In this document: positions 49,678 to 63,747 of the stretch, piece by piece
How the letters are laid out: the number at the start of each line of letters is the position of its first letter
Position numbering within the stretch: the stretch's first letter is position 1
NCBI RefSeq assembly: GCF_001194135.2
Contig: NC_068983.1
Span: 60,680,985-60,744,984 of the forward strand
Source of the DNA: Octopus bimaculoides
Taxonomy: Eukaryota
Direction of reading: 5' to 3'
Length of the DNA: 64,000 nucleotides
Made by a program: the position numbers and the translations under genes
The notes under the pieces: model-generated
The model's input: only the letters and a program-made list of their open reading frames with translations
What the model was told of the DNA's origin: nothing
Database searches by the model: none

Positions 49678-50743
49678 CTGTAGTGGCAGAAACAAGAGGA
49701 AAAAAAAATGCAAAATTAAAACAAACAGAAATGTGAATTAATCAAATACAAACTCATTCCATGCAACATTTTTATAATTCTAAACTGCTTTAGTATAACT
49801 GGATTGAAATAGAAAAATGTGATATAAAACAGTAAAGAGAAAGAAAAAAAAATTCTGAATAGTTTAACTCCTATTAATCCTTATAAAATTACCAGATTAA
49901 TCTATTAGACTACAATTTTTCAAATATTCATTTTCTCTGTTTATTAAGTGAGTTACAAAATTTAGGTTAAGAATTCACGACTACAATTTCCATTTGATTT
50001 GATTTTGATGTCGATCAGTAAACATATTTTTTGCTGTCTACAAATAAGAACAGTAGCTCTTAAGTATGCTATGAAAGAGAGAGATTCGGTGTCTATAACT
50101 GATGAAGTGTGACAAGGCAGAAACGAGTTTTACAGTTTGATTACATAATTCACAGCCCAGCTTTGTTTCTCCACATACATGGTGTAAAAGGAGAATTTCT
50201 CATCCAGAACAGTTACCACAGAGGAGGGTCTTCCATATTTGACTGTACATGAATGTGCTAAATATGAACGTAGTCAGTACCATTTTAAAGATTATTGCTT
50301 GGTGTACCTTTAATTATAAATATACTTTATTGAAATCTCTGCATGATTTCTTTGATTTCACACACTAGATATTTTCAGTAGTGGCAAAGACCAAATATAT
50401 TTAATAGATGGTTAAACGATTAATAATATACATACAGAAAATTATGATTACAACCTTTATGAGATCTGTTTTCTCATCTTTCTAAGAGTTAAATAAATCA
50501 TTCAGGAGATGTCTATGCATTTAAAGATATTTCATTCCTTCTGCGGTTCCATAGCCTGAAGCCTATCCTAACTGATGCCTTCCGCTCTCATGACTGCCTT
50601 ATATAGACACATGATGAAATATGAACAGAGTACAGTGAAAGTTTCACTCACTATGAAATGTAAATATCATGTATTTATACACAGATTAAACAATGACACC
50701 AACAAAACAAAAAAACAATATTTCAGTATTATTATTTACTTAC

Positions 50744-50819
50744 CCCAAGAAGAGTCATCACAAATTCCATCTCTGTTTGTGGATGCAATTACAAAATCAT
50801 CATTATCAGATTTAAGCTC
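50744..50819 (-). CDS. SMCHD1: SMCHD1 exon 2 (ELKSDNDDFVIASTNRDGICDDSSW)
   Basis: TTGCAG acceptor, GTAAGT donor, 76 nt, phase 0 to 1. Resembles FVITTTSRKEI. Confidence 0.85.
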
Positions 50820-51899
50820 CTGCAAATATAGTTAGCATCTGTATATACCTGTATCTATATACATACATATATATATATATCAATCATTATCATCATGAGC
50901 AGCATTTCATGTGTAGGCATAAGGTAGGATGTTTTGACAAGATTCAATAGGTTGGGGAGTCACATTCTACTTTGATGTCTCATCTTTGACATGGTTTCTA
51001 TGGTGATGAGGATGTGGGTCAAGTAGGTGGAGCCAGTGATGGAGTGGGTCAGTCTTTCTACCATACCAGAATGGGTTGGAAGATCTGTCAAAATCCCTTT
51101 CCTCCACCTCATCATCCTTATCACTCTGTTCATCTCATTCTCACTAACCCTTTCACTTTCCATTGTTCCTCTCATACTCCCTTCCCCAATAAGTCTCTAC
51201 TCTCTTACTCCTTCCTCTACAACACTCTCTAAACCAGGGGTCTCCAAAGTGATCGATACTGACCTTGGGGGTTGATGGGACTATTCAAGGGGTCAATAAA
51301 TGCACATCTACTTAATTATTATTATTTATTTATTTTCTGGTACATGCCTGGGGATTGATGAGGGGTCAAGGATTCCATGAAGGGGGTCGATAGCCTAAAA
51401 AGTTTGGGGACCCCTCCTCTAAACTATAAATCCATTCCTCACCAAACTTCATTTTTTTCTCTCTTTACTCCTTCAGTTAATGTTGAAAGTTGTAAGGTGA
51501 CCTCAAGAGTGATGGTGCCCCACAAGAATTCGCCCAGTACACTCTGTAAAGTGGTTGGCATTAGGAAGGACATCCAACTTTAGAAACTATGCTGAAACAG
51601 CCACTGGGGTACATCACGGTACTCTAGCTCATGAACAGAGGAAGCTAAACAAGGATTATTTACTTGCAGTAAAAGGTGGTGAGCACACAGAATCATTAGC
51701 GTGCCAGACAAAATAGTGAGCACTATTTTGTCTGTCCTTATGTTCCGAGTTCAAATTCCACTGAGGTTGACTTTACCTTTCATCCTTTCAGGGTCGATAG
51801 AATAAGTACCAGTTGAGCACTGGGGTCAAAGCTTTGTACTTGGGAATGGGGGAATTTCTTTGAAAGATAGAGAGAAGGGGGGAGGGGGTCAGAACAAGT

Positions 51900-52520
51900 T
51901 TCTGCAGAGGAACTTGCATGGCTACTCACATCTAGTATGGAAAAGAACAATAAAAGGTGGAAGACCAGGAAGAGCTACAAGGCATGATGGTGTTGAGAGG
52001 GTCTGGCTACTCTTAAAGTATATTTGCTAGAGTAAGAACTGGATGGAAAAAGTTCAGAGAGATACTACCACTGCTGTTAGTAACAAAGATCTTTTCCCTC
52101 AGAGTGAAGAGCAGACTGTAGGATGCTTGTGTTAGAACTGTGATGCTACATGACAGTGAGACATGGGCTTTAAATGCAGCAGACTTGGAGAAAACTGAAA
52201 AGAAATGAAGCAAGCATGTTCTGATGAATGTGCAGTGTGTGTGAAAGAATTAGTTCAAAAGTGTTGAGTGAAAAGCAGAGTCTAAGAGGAATCAAATGTG
52301 TTCAAGAAGACTGCACTGGTCTGGTCATGTGACACATATCAATGAGGACTGCTGCAAAAAAAGGAAGTGCCAGTTGCTGAATGTGGTTGGAACCTGCAGG
52401 AGGAAGACCCAGGAGGACATGGCATTAAGTAGTGAAAGCTGACCTCAGAACTCTGAGCCAGACAGATGAAATGACAAAAGACTGGGATATCTGGCAATAT
52501 GAAGTTCCCAAAATGATTTG
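51900..52520 (+). mobile_element. Degenerate RTE LINE RT C-terminal fragment
   Basis: Homologous by eye to 58800-59340 (TKIFSLRVKSRL, RLHWSGHV). Confidence 0.7.
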
Positions 52521-54379
52521 CTCTTCTCAACAAAACTAAGTCCTGGTAGTGCTATATTTTGGGTTCTCCATCACCTCATGCAGTCTTCCCTTCCACCTCA
52601 GCAGCAACTATATCATCTTTACTACTTCTGATGTTCACTGCCCCTCCCTCTTCTTCTGCATCTCTCTATTGTCCCCTACTCATTCACCTTCCCAGACTAT
52701 CTTACAAACCACCACCCAGACATACATAACATCAGCATCATTGTTTAGCAGCCACCTTTCCATGCTTGCATGGGTGAGATGGAATCTACTGAAGCAGATT
52801 TTCTATGGCCAGATGCCCTTCCTGTTACCAACTGCCACCTGTTTCCAAACCAGGTAATATTTTTTTCCATGGTCAGACATGTTTCCCATTGAACACTGGC
52901 AACAAACAACATCACTTGTATGGCAGTGATGCTTGTTTACAATCATCAAATGATGTCTAGACAAGGGTATACACAAAAACACATATATATAGAGTGTTGC
53001 ACTCATGATTGCAAGGTCAAGGTTTCAATTCTTGGACTGGGCAGTGCACTGTGTTCTGAAGCAAAACACTTCATTTTATGTTGCTCCAGTCAACATGCAA
53101 GACTAAAATCCTTAATGGCCATTACAAACGAGAAAGAATAGAAGAGGGTATAATGATTCTAGGAAGAGTGATGAGAGAGGGTAGAGATGAAAGGAACAGC
53201 TGTGATAGGAGAGTAGTGGAGGAAGTAATTGAGAAGACACTATTGGGATGAAGGGAAAGGAGTCATGTCAGGGGTCATTGAGAAAAACTGAGGGACAGAG
53301 TGAAAAGGTGATAGGATAAGATGTGTAAGGGAGGGGGGCAATGTGTTATCCTACATTATAAAAGCATGCATGGATGGTGAGGAATCCCTGAGAGTTGTGG
53401 GGGCAGGTCAGAATGGGAGAGGTGAGGAGTGTTGAGGGGGCTGGCAAGGTGTACCCTAACAACTTGACAATTGGTGTTGATTTGGTTATGGCCTTGGGAC
53501 TACCTGTATGCTGATGACATAGTTTATAAAGCAGAATCAGTAGAAGAACTGAAACTGAAATTCCAGACATGAAAGCAAAATATGAAATTGAAGACATTCA
53601 AAGTCAATTGAACAAAGGAGGTAACAGAAGACCATGCTGACTCAACCGAGATAGACAAAGTAGGCAATAATGGAAATGAACTGAGAGTAATTATGGACAA
53701 CAGCAATATTTCGCTGGACTGGCTCCTGTGTAGGTGGCACATAAAAAACACCATTTTGAGCGTGGCCATTGCCAGTACCACGTGACTGGCCCTCGTGCCA
53801 GTGGAACGTAAAAGCACCCATTACACTCTCGGAGTGGTTGGTGTTAGGAAGGGCATCCAGCTGTAGAAACTCTGCCAGATCAGATTGGAGCCTGGTGCAG
53901 CCATCCAGTTCACTAGTCCTCAGTCAAATCGTCCAACCCATGCTAGCATGGAAAGCGGACGTTAAACGATGATGATGATGGTGATGAATGATATGGTGGC
54001 ACGTAAAAAGCACTGTTCGAACGTTGGCTCTCACAGAGGCAGTGACAAGTGATCAAGATCTTTGGTTATATACTATGCTTGAGAAGACCTGTCAAGCCAA
54101 GTGAGACCACAGTCGTAGCCAATACTGGTGCCAGTGCCAGTGGCATGTAAAAAGCACCCACTACACTCTTGGAGTGGCTGGCATTAGGAAGGGCATCCAG
54201 TTGTAGAAACCATGTCAAATCAAACTGTCCAACCCATGCCAGCATGGAAAATGGACATTAAATGATGATGTGATATGCCCCATAATCAGGACTGGCAGAC
54301 AACCAGGACCCTACCTCAATGGAGATTGACAGCAACTTCATCACCATGGCTGATGACTTTAACAACCATGTTAGTTAAC

Positions 54380-56810
54380 ATCTGTGATGTTCATAGAAGT
54401 TATGGCTAGGATGCAAAGAACTGAGGAGAATCTAAGGTTCCTGGAGTTCTGTGATGTAATCAACATAACAATTTGCAGCATGCACTTCAAGAAATCCGTT
54501 GGTCAGCCAAACACACAAGTCTCACCAGGAAAGAAACTGATAGGCCACCATTGTAAGTACCAAAACCTTTCCTGGTGAAGAACACACTAAACAACATAGA
54601 TTTGTGGCTAGTGACTTCAGAGTTGAAGCTGGAATGGCTCAGAGACAAATGTTGATATAGAGTTGAAAGACATGGAAGCTAGAAGGACCTGCAGTTAGCT
54701 ATAGATTTAGAGAAATTCTAATTGATGCATATGAATGTGTGGTGGAAGAGTTAGATACCTATAACATAGAAGACACCAGGGAGTTCCTACAGGACAACCT
54801 GTTCAAGACAATAGATTAGATGTGTAGCTTGTTCAAAGTTTAAGATGGTCTAAAGGTGATGTGATGGTAGAATGACTGAGTAGAAAGAGCTGTAAAAGCT
54901 ATAAGGCAAACCTTCCAAAGCCGGGAAGGAAAGTAGAAGTAGTGAGCACTATCAGGTGGTTAAAAGGAAATCTAGGTGTCAAGCACTCTTAGCTAGAGGA
55001 GAAGTGGAAAAGAAGAGATTGACACATGCTTGGTGATGTGAAGATGAGATGCATGAAGTGTTTAGGACTAAGTCACTGTGTCAGAGACAACCGAGACACC
55101 AATGGGGAGAAGTGTATCTGGGAGGATAGAGGTACACTTACCCTTTGTGCTGATGGTTAAGAAACATGGAAGTACTATTGTGAGAGGTTTGGTGAACAAG
55201 TAGAATACAAGGAATAAAGAAGGGGCTACCTCATGTTGACCCAACAGAGGAAGCAACAATTCAAATCACCAAAGTATGGTAGATTAAAGAGTATGATTGT
55301 GATAAAAGGTATGAAGGTAGGGAAAGCTGCCAGCCCATTGAGTATCGACACTGTGACGCTCAAGATATGTGGTGAGGTAGGATACATATTAATCACCCAA
55401 ACATTTAATCAGGTAATACAGGAAGGTGTCATACCCAATGACTGGTGTAACAGTATCATTGTAAACAGTTACCATGGCAAAGGAGACACTGCTGAGAGAG
55501 GAAATTAAAGAGACTCAAAATTGGTGGATCAGGTTACAAAGGAAAGGACATAGCACAACTGATCAGGAACAGAGTTAACTTAGATGAAATGAAGGAAAAG
55601 GTACCATAGGCACCTTCTGAGGCAACCTCAGGAAGGAATTGTACTCAGAGTAAGGCATCAGTGTGGTTGTGTGCTTAAAGGATTAGTTTGTGAACAACAT
55701 AGTTTGCTATAAATGTGGTGAGATAACAGCAGAAGTACTTAGCAAAGAAAAAGGCACCATATCTTGGACGCTGTGCTCAGTAATCTGGTGGTCACTAAGG
55801 AAACTAAGTGTACCAGGTATGGCATAATTATTTACCATTATTCATTTTATTATATAATAAAAGCGTTTTAGGTTTAGGCTAATGAAAATTTACATATATT
55901 TACAATTCAAAATGGCCATCCTTTGCTCTCAACATAATCCTTATTGTTTTCCCCAAGGAAGTGTATGACATGTTTAAATAATGAGCATGTTTGCTGCATT
56001 TAGGTGATGAATGGTTTGTAAGGGTTGTACAATCTATCTATATGAGTATAGTTAGTAAAGTGAGAGTCAGAGTCCCAATAAGTTCAGCAATTAATTTAGC
56101 ATGAAGACAGGAGTCCATTTAGGTTTTGTCCTCATCCGTAGTCTTACAGGCCATTGGAGAGTAGTTCAAGACCAATTGTCTATGGGAATTCCTGTATGCT
56201 GATGATCTGGTTTGTATAGTTGAATCTATAGGAGAATTAGAGAAGAAATTCCATGTACAGAAGCAAAAGGCCTGAAGGTAAACTTAGAAAAATCTAATGT
56301 GTTAGTGAGTAAGAAAGTCAGGATACTGGTCTCCTTAGAGAAATGGCCTTAGTTGATATGCAGGGAAGGAGTAGGTAGGAGCTTCACATGCCATACACAG
56401 AGTAAGCTTTGGGCATATAATAGGTGTAGTGAAATCACACGCAGGCTAACCATGAAGGCTAGCTTTGTATGGGATAGATTCACTGGAGCTAAGAAATAGG
56501 CATTAGAGCACTGGAAAGACTTGCTCACATGACTGGCTGGTTTACAACTCATTGTTGGTATCTTCAGTAACCTAGACAACATAAATCATAAGGAAGTTGG
56601 ATATTCAGAAAGTAGAGAACCAGGGTAAGAATGAGTTGGAAAAAGTTCAGGAAGCTATTACCTCTGCTGTGATTGTATGGAAGAAGAAGACCAAGAAAAA
56701 CTTGGGACAAAATAGTGAAAACTGATCTGAAAATGCTGCATATCACAGAGGAGATGACAAAAGACTAGTGATTAGCAGTGCATGAAATAGCAGGAGACCT
56801 GACCACCCAT
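54380..56810 (+). mobile_element. Highly degenerate, interrupted RTE-like LINE (endonuclease end to RT)
   Basis: Fragments MKVGKAASP...EGVIPNDWCNSIIV...KGD (ORF 55233..55508) and EFLYADDLV near 56185-56215, with many stops and frameshifts. Confidence 0.75.
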
Positions 56811-58799
56811 GACAAAATGTACCTCCGATATGAGGGTTGGTGTTGAGATATTTTTGTACCCTTTCGAGCATACAATCTGCTTTCCATCTCACCTTGTGCC
56901 TAGACACTCTCTTCTTTATTGCCCACTCTTCTTACATAGCACCCCACCTCTCTACCACCTGTGTTGTTGTCCATAATCACTCTTCATAGATCTATATATA
57001 ACATACTGTACTAGATTACCCCTGTATCTCAACCCAATACAAAGTAGCTTTGCCCTTCAGTAATAGTCATCACTCTCTCTCCTCCTCTTTTGCCACCCAT
57101 CACCTACTCTTACCTTTATGCTGTCACCCATCCTTTGCCCACCTCTGCTGTTGCCAATCACTCCCTTCCAAACTACACCTCAAAGAACACTGCCCATCAG
57201 ATTCTATTCCTGCCTGTCCCTTGGTTTTAGGATATCAGTTTTGTTAGTGGGCAGATCTTCTTGAGTACAGCAATGTGCCACATACCTCAGTCCTTTGTCA
57301 TCTCCTTCGTAAGGATGACTCATACCTGATGAAGACATAACTGACCCATGTCAGCATGAAAAGCAGACATAAGAAACAGAAATACACACATGTATGTGTA
57401 TCCTCATCATAATTTTCATGTCCACTTTTCCATGCTTGCAGGAGTTGGATGGTTTAGTGAGTTTACTGAGGCAAATTTATTTACAGCTGGATGCCCTTAC
57501 TGTTGCCATCCCTCACCTATTTCCAAGCAAAGTAATATTGCCCCATGGTCAGGCATGTTCTTACGGAGTACTGGAAATGAATAACACTGCTTGTATGACA
57601 GTGACACTTGTTTACAGCTAAGATGCAATGTCAAGACAAAGAGATACAAACATGCACACACATGATGGGCTCCTTTCCAGTTTCCATCTACCAAAACCAC
57701 CGATGAAGCTTTGATTGGTGCTGGGTTACAGTAGAAGACAGTTACTCAAGGTGCCATGCAATGGGACTGAACCTGAAACTATGCTTTCAGAGCATCCTCC
57801 ACCACTGCTAATTTGGCCATCTAAGTAACAGAAACTATCAACAACTACTAAGGATTTCCCTGCACATTTTTAGTGTTTATTTGTATCTGCACATCTGTCA
57901 CACAAAGACTACATTCTCTGTTAACCTTTCTGCAATTCCACTGCACCACTTATGTATCCATAACTTGCACTGGATACATCATCATCATCGTGTAACGTCT
58001 GCTTTCCATGCTGGTATGATTGGATGGTTTGACTGAGGACTGGCGAGCCAGATAGCTGCACCAGGCTCCAATCTGATTTGGCAGAGTTTCTACAGCTGGA
58101 TGCCCTTCCTAATGCCAATCACTCCGAGAGTGTAGTGGGTGCTTTTACGTGCCACCGGCACGAGGGCCAGTCAGGCAGTACTGGCAATGGCCACGCTCAA
58201 ATGGTGTTTTTTCTGCGCCACCTGCACAGGAGCCAGTCCAGCAGCACTGGCAATAACCTTGCTTGAATGTTGTTTTTCACATGCCAGTAACGTGACGCTG
58301 GTAACAATCATGCTCGAATTGTTGTTTTTCATGTGCCACCAGCACAAGTGCCAGTAAGGTGATACTGGTAATGATTACGCTCGATACACTATATGGAATT
58401 CTTACCTACATCTTTTCTACATTCTAAGGCCCTTTGATTTCAGTCCTTGCTGCCACACTTGAAATTTCTCCACTAATTCTAGTAGAAATTCAGTTATATA
58501 TATATATATGTATGTGCATATTCACACAAATACATACATACATGGCATTTGGGAGGCCATCCAGCTGTAAAAAAAAAAAATGCCAAAACTGACCTCACTT
58601 GTGCTGGTGCCACACAAAAAGCACTCCGTCCACTCTGTGGAGAAGTTGGTGATAGGATGGGTATCCAGCTGTAAAAACCATGCCAAAACAGACAGCGAAG
58701 TATGGTGCAATCTTCTGTCTGGCCTGCTCCTGTTAAAATGTCCAACTCATACCAGCATGGAAAGTAGACATTAAATAACAATGATGATATACTATATTT

Positions 58800-59765
58800 A
58801 AAAACATACTAAGAGTGTAGCTGCTAGAATAAGAATAGCCTGGGCAAAGTTCAGAGAGCTCCTACCTCTGCTGGTGACAAAGGGCCTTTCGCTCAGAGTA
58901 AAAGGTAGACTGTATGATGCATGTGTACTAACAGCCATGCTACATGGTAGTGAAACATGGGCCATGACTGCTGAGGACATACGTAAGATTGCAAGGAATG
59001 AAGCTAGTATGCTCCGCTGGATGTGTAATGTCAGTGTGCATACATGACAGAGTGTAAGTGCCCTGAGAAAAATGTTGGACATAAGAAGCATCAGATGTGG
59101 TGTGCAAGAGAGACGACTGCGCTGGTATGGTCATGTGTTGCATATGGATGAGGGCAGCTGGGTGAAAAAGTGTCACACCCTAGCAGTAGAGGGAACCTGT
59201 GGTAGAAGCAGACCCAGGAAGACCTGGGATGAGGTGGTGAAGCACGACCTTTGAACGCTGGGCCTCACGGAGGCAATGACAAGCGACTGAGACCTTTGGA
59301 GATTTGCTGTGCTTGAAAAGACCGGGAAAGCCAAGTGAGACCGTAACTGTGGCATATGCCAGTACAGCATAACCAGCCCATTTTAGAGCACCCTTCAATC
59401 ATTGGGCAATAAACTGCTTGCAATGACCTGCCTGATTGACACCCATGCAGGTGGCATGTAAAAAGCACCATTCGAGCGCATAGCCGATGCCAATGCCGGC
59501 TGGCTGGTCCTGTGCCGGTGACACATAAAAAGCACCAATCGAGTGTGGTCGTTACCAATGCTGCCTGACTGGCCTTCGTGCTGGTGGCACGTAAAAGCAC
59601 CCACTACACTCTCGGAGTGGTTGGCGTTAGGAAGGGTATCCATCCAGCTGTAGAAACTTTGCCAGATCGGACTGGAGCCTGGTGAAGCCTTCTGGCTTGC
59701 CAGCCCTCAGTCAAACCGTCCAACCCATGCCAGCATGGAAAATGGACGTTAAATGACGACGCTGA
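58800..59765 (+). mobile_element. 5'-truncated RTE-clade LINE: RT C-terminus plus complete 3' UTR and (GAT/GAC)n tail
   Basis: Translates as RIAWAKFRELLPLL...KGRLYDACV...HGSETW...RRLRWYGHV...GRSRPRKTW with internal stops. It is followed by the 3' UTR that is repeated throughout the window. Confidence 0.88.
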
Positions 59766-61384
59766 TACATATGAGCTGTTAAAAGACAAATATGCAACTT
59801 GGGCTATCCACTATGGTGCTAGTCTAATTTACGAATGATTTATATAGCAGTAGGTGTATGCTACTGATTAGGGGGGGAAAAAAACAAAATAAATCTACTG
59901 TGAGAAATGGTCAACAAACCATGAAATGGTTCATTTGCAGACTATTTCTCACTTTTTTCCCCACAAATTAATAGCATGATTTATTGTAACAGATTTATCG
60001 TTATGAGAGGGGAAAATACCAGAGGGAACAGTGTTGGAGTGGGAGTGAATGAGGAGACAGAGGAAGGGATGAGCATCATCAGGGATTATTAGTGTAAATA
60101 GAAAGGGGGAATGATAATGGTGATGAGTTGAGTAGGTGATCCCAAAGATAACATGGGCCATGCTAGCATGGTTTGGGTGGTTTATCAGGGTCCAAGAGAG
60201 TTCTTATTAAGAGTGAGACATGTTTATTGTTGAGAGATGATAGGGGATAAAATAACAGAGACAGTGTTAAGGAAAAGGGTGAAATAGTGTCAGGGGTTTA
60301 GTGAGAGAGAGAGAACGATAGGACAGTGTGCAGAATTGAGGAGATGCATACATATATATATATGTATGCATGTATGTAAACATCATCATCTTTGTCTGTT
60401 GTCCTTGGTGAAATGGGTTGGATGGGTCTGCTTACCTAACTGTGTCAGAGGTCCTTGTCTTGTTTGTATTTCCTTTTTAGCTTGGTTTCTATGGCTGGAC
60501 TTCCTTCCTAACACCAACCACTTTACAAAGTGTACTGCATGTATTTTCTTTTTTTGTGCAGCCAGCTCCAGAGAGTTGCCACATCGTCACAACTAAACCG
60601 ACCTCACAACTCCATGTTCCTGCTCGCTTATCCATGCATATAACAATACACACATGCATGCAGAGATATATACTCTTACATATTCTCACATACGTATCAC
60701 CATCATCATCATTTTAAGTCTGCTTACCATGCTGTCAATGGTGAGACAGAAGAAGATTCAACAGGTTGGAGAAGACCATCCTACCCCAACGTCTCCGTAT
60801 TGGCATGGTTTCTATGGCTGGATACCCTCCCTAACAACCAATCACTTTACAAAAGTGTACTTACTGGGTGCATGGCTTGTGATTCCAGCACTGTTTGGGG
60901 TTGCCTTGTAGTTTACAAAGTAAATGAGAGCTTCCATGAAGGAAGTAATAATAGATTTATTGAGAGGAAGGAAATGGAGAGAGTAAGAGACGGGGATAGT
61001 ATTGGAGTGGGAGTAGAGGAGAAGGGAAAAGTAGTGCCAGGGGTTAGTGTGAAGGAAGAAGGAGTCAACATGGTAATGGAGGGAGGTTGACAAGGTGGAT
61101 CTAATAATGGGATGTTTCACTCTGTGTGCCATGCCACCAGCATGGTTTAGACGATAGCAATTCATTCAGGTCCACGACGTAATCGCAACTGACCTCCTAC
61201 TACAACAATAACAGACACACACACACACATACACCTTGCCTGAAGATCCTGTGCACCCACAAGTGAAACTCAGAGTAGCAAGAGACTGACTCGATCAAAA
61301 TAAGATATATCATCAATATCTACTATGGCACTAAGTACTATTTCTCGACAGTTAATACAAAATGTATATATATATATATACACA

Positions 61385-61546
61385 CTGACATATACATATA
61401 TATAAAACATAGTTATAAATAAAACGTATGTATATATATATAAACACACATCTATATTAAACATAGTTATAAATAAAACGTGTGTATGTATATATATACA
61501 CACGTATCTATATTAAACATAGTTATAAATAAAACGTGTGTATGTG

Positions 61547-61582
<36 letters not shown>

Positions 61583-61612
61583 TATCTATAAATAAAACGT
61601 GTGTGTGTGTAT
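61385..61612. repeat. About 55-bp tandem repeat (aaacatagttataaataaaacgtgtg...), 3-4 copies
   Basis: Seen directly, with units separated by TA/CA microsatellite. Confidence 0.85.
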
Positions 61613-62359
61613 ATATAATATATATATATACACACGCACACACGAGTGAGTGAGTGAACAAACGAATGGAAGTAGCATTCAACACATTTGTTTGGAGTTA
61701 CGTTTATTTAATAACAATTCGAGTCAGGTTCCGCGGGTGCAGGACACGTTCACCTCATCACATGTTCGGAAAAATAGTTTTGTTTCCAAACATTTGATGA
61801 GGTGGATGTGTCCTGGGCCCAGAAAACTTTCTTACCCACACATATATATACATTACATATATAGACGTATTATATACATACAAACACACACATATATGTA
61901 TCCACACGCACATAAAAATACATAGACACACGTAATTTTGTACGTAATAACATCTGTAAAAAACAGTGATATATATACATATATATATAGGCACGACACC
62001 ACACGCACTTACACAATATAATAGATATGTGTGTGTGTGTGCGCGTGTACTGAACGACTACTGAATTGGGTGGTTGGGATATTAAGGAAACGACCATTAA
62101 CACACCTAAGTCCATCTCTACTCTATTAAAACATCCAGCTTATAGCCTAACCACAAGAAGTTGAACACTTTGCAGGAAATATATACCATATATATGTATA
62201 TATATGTGTATATATATCGATGGATAGCTGCACACGACTGTATGTAGTAACAGTTTTTAAGAACAATAAGTTCGGTGCCGTCTCACACTTGCAATACTCC
62301 TTCTCCTCCACATAATAAACTACACAACATACAACACATTGGAGAGTAAAACAATTGTG

Positions 62360-62720
62360 ACTTCGCACACAAATATCGTTGCGTCCGTCACATAAACAGC
62401 ACTTACCTGTTTCACTTTAACTTTGAAGTCTTCGAAAGTGAACAATCCACCCGTATGCAGTTTAATTTCTGGCGAAGCTCCATTTCTTCTGTCGAAAATG
62501 TAGACAAAAGCGTCGTCATCGTCGTTGGAGGCATTCATAGACGAAGCCATGACACCGCGCTGGGGAAAAAAAAAACAAACAAAATAATAAACGGATGTAG
62601 ATGGCGCTCGATGATCGTAACTGCTATTTTGGGAGGTACCGATGGGGTGACTTGTCTCTAAGAACGCTAGATTCAGCACCAGGTGCTCTTTGTTGATATT
62701 GACGCAGTTTACATGGCTTT
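62360..62720 (-). promoter_or_regulatory. CpG-containing 5' region/promoter of SMCHD1
   Basis: CG dinucleotides are visibly denser around coding exon 1 than in the flanking intron. Judged by eye, not computed. Confidence 0.4.
62407..62550 (-). CDS. SMCHD1: SMCHD1 coding exon 1 (MASSMNAS...VYIFDRRNG...KVKQ)
   Basis: ATG at 62550, 48 codons, donor GTAAGT. The VYIFDRR motif matches the SMCHD1 N-terminus. Confidence 0.9.
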
Positions 62721-62764
62721 TCGGGATCTATTAATAGCATGTGCATGTGTGTGTGTGTGTATAC

Positions 62765-62813
<49 letters not shown>

Positions 62814-63071
62814 NNNNNNNNNNNNNNNNNNNNNNNNNNNNNNNNNNNNNNNNNNNNNNNNNNNNNNNNNNNNNNNNNNNNNNNNNNNNNNNNNNNNNNN
62901 NNNNNNNNNNNNNNNNNNNNNNNNNNNNNNNNNNNNNNNNNNNNNNNNNNNNNNNNNNNNNNNNNNNNNNNNNNNNNNNNNNNNNNNNNNNNNNNNNNNN
63001 NNNNNNNNNNNNNNNNNNNNNNNNNNNNNNNNNNNNNNNNNNNNNNNNNNNNNNNNNNNNNNNNNNNNNNN

Positions 63072-63104
<33 letters not shown>

Positions 63105-63136
63105 CATATATACATATAGATATATGTATTTATAAT

Positions 63137-63167
<31 letters not shown>

Positions 63168-63364
63168 GCATGTGTAAGTACGTGTGCGTTAATGGTATCT
63201 ATCTATCTAGCTAGCTAGCTAGCTAGCTAGCTATGCATATATACATAATACATTCATACAACAGGCATATGTATATATAATATTGAAGCCCCCCTCTCTA
63301 TGTATTTATAATTATATATATATATGTATATATATATATAACACATACGTATATTATAATCATG

Positions 63365-63570
63365 TCTTTTGTCTTTTACTTGTTTCAGTTATTGGACTGC
63401 AGCCATGCTGGAGCACTGCCTTCAAAGGTCCAATCGAAGGAATTAACACTAGTTCTTCTTTTTAAGCCTGTTATTTACGCTTTCGGTCTTCTTTGCAACA
63501 CCGCGAAGTCACGTGGATTTCAACAAACCAACACCGGTTGAAAAGTGGTGGTGGTGGGCAAACACAAACA
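63365..63570. repeat. Interspersed repeat family C (fragments at about 2035-2120, 4000-4135, 38690-38785, 43965-44215)
   Basis: Shared core cttttacttgtttcagt(c/t)att(a/g)gactgcagccatgctgg. Confidence 0.65.
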
Positions 63571-63696
63571 CAGACACACACATATACATGCATACATACA
63601 TACATTTATACATACATACATACATATCATACATACATACATACATACATTCATACATACATGCACACACACACATACACACATACTGTGTGTGTG

Positions 63697-63747
<51 letters not shown>

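Larger units (their letters stand above)
8738..62550 (-). other. SMCHD1: SMCHD1 gene span in window (40 coding exons, 3' end with coiled coil and SMC hinge not found in window)
   Basis: Forty exons with GT-AG boundaries and compatible phases total 4825 nt. Peptides match remembered SMCHD1 motifs: [91 protein letters not shown]. Confidence 0.96.
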
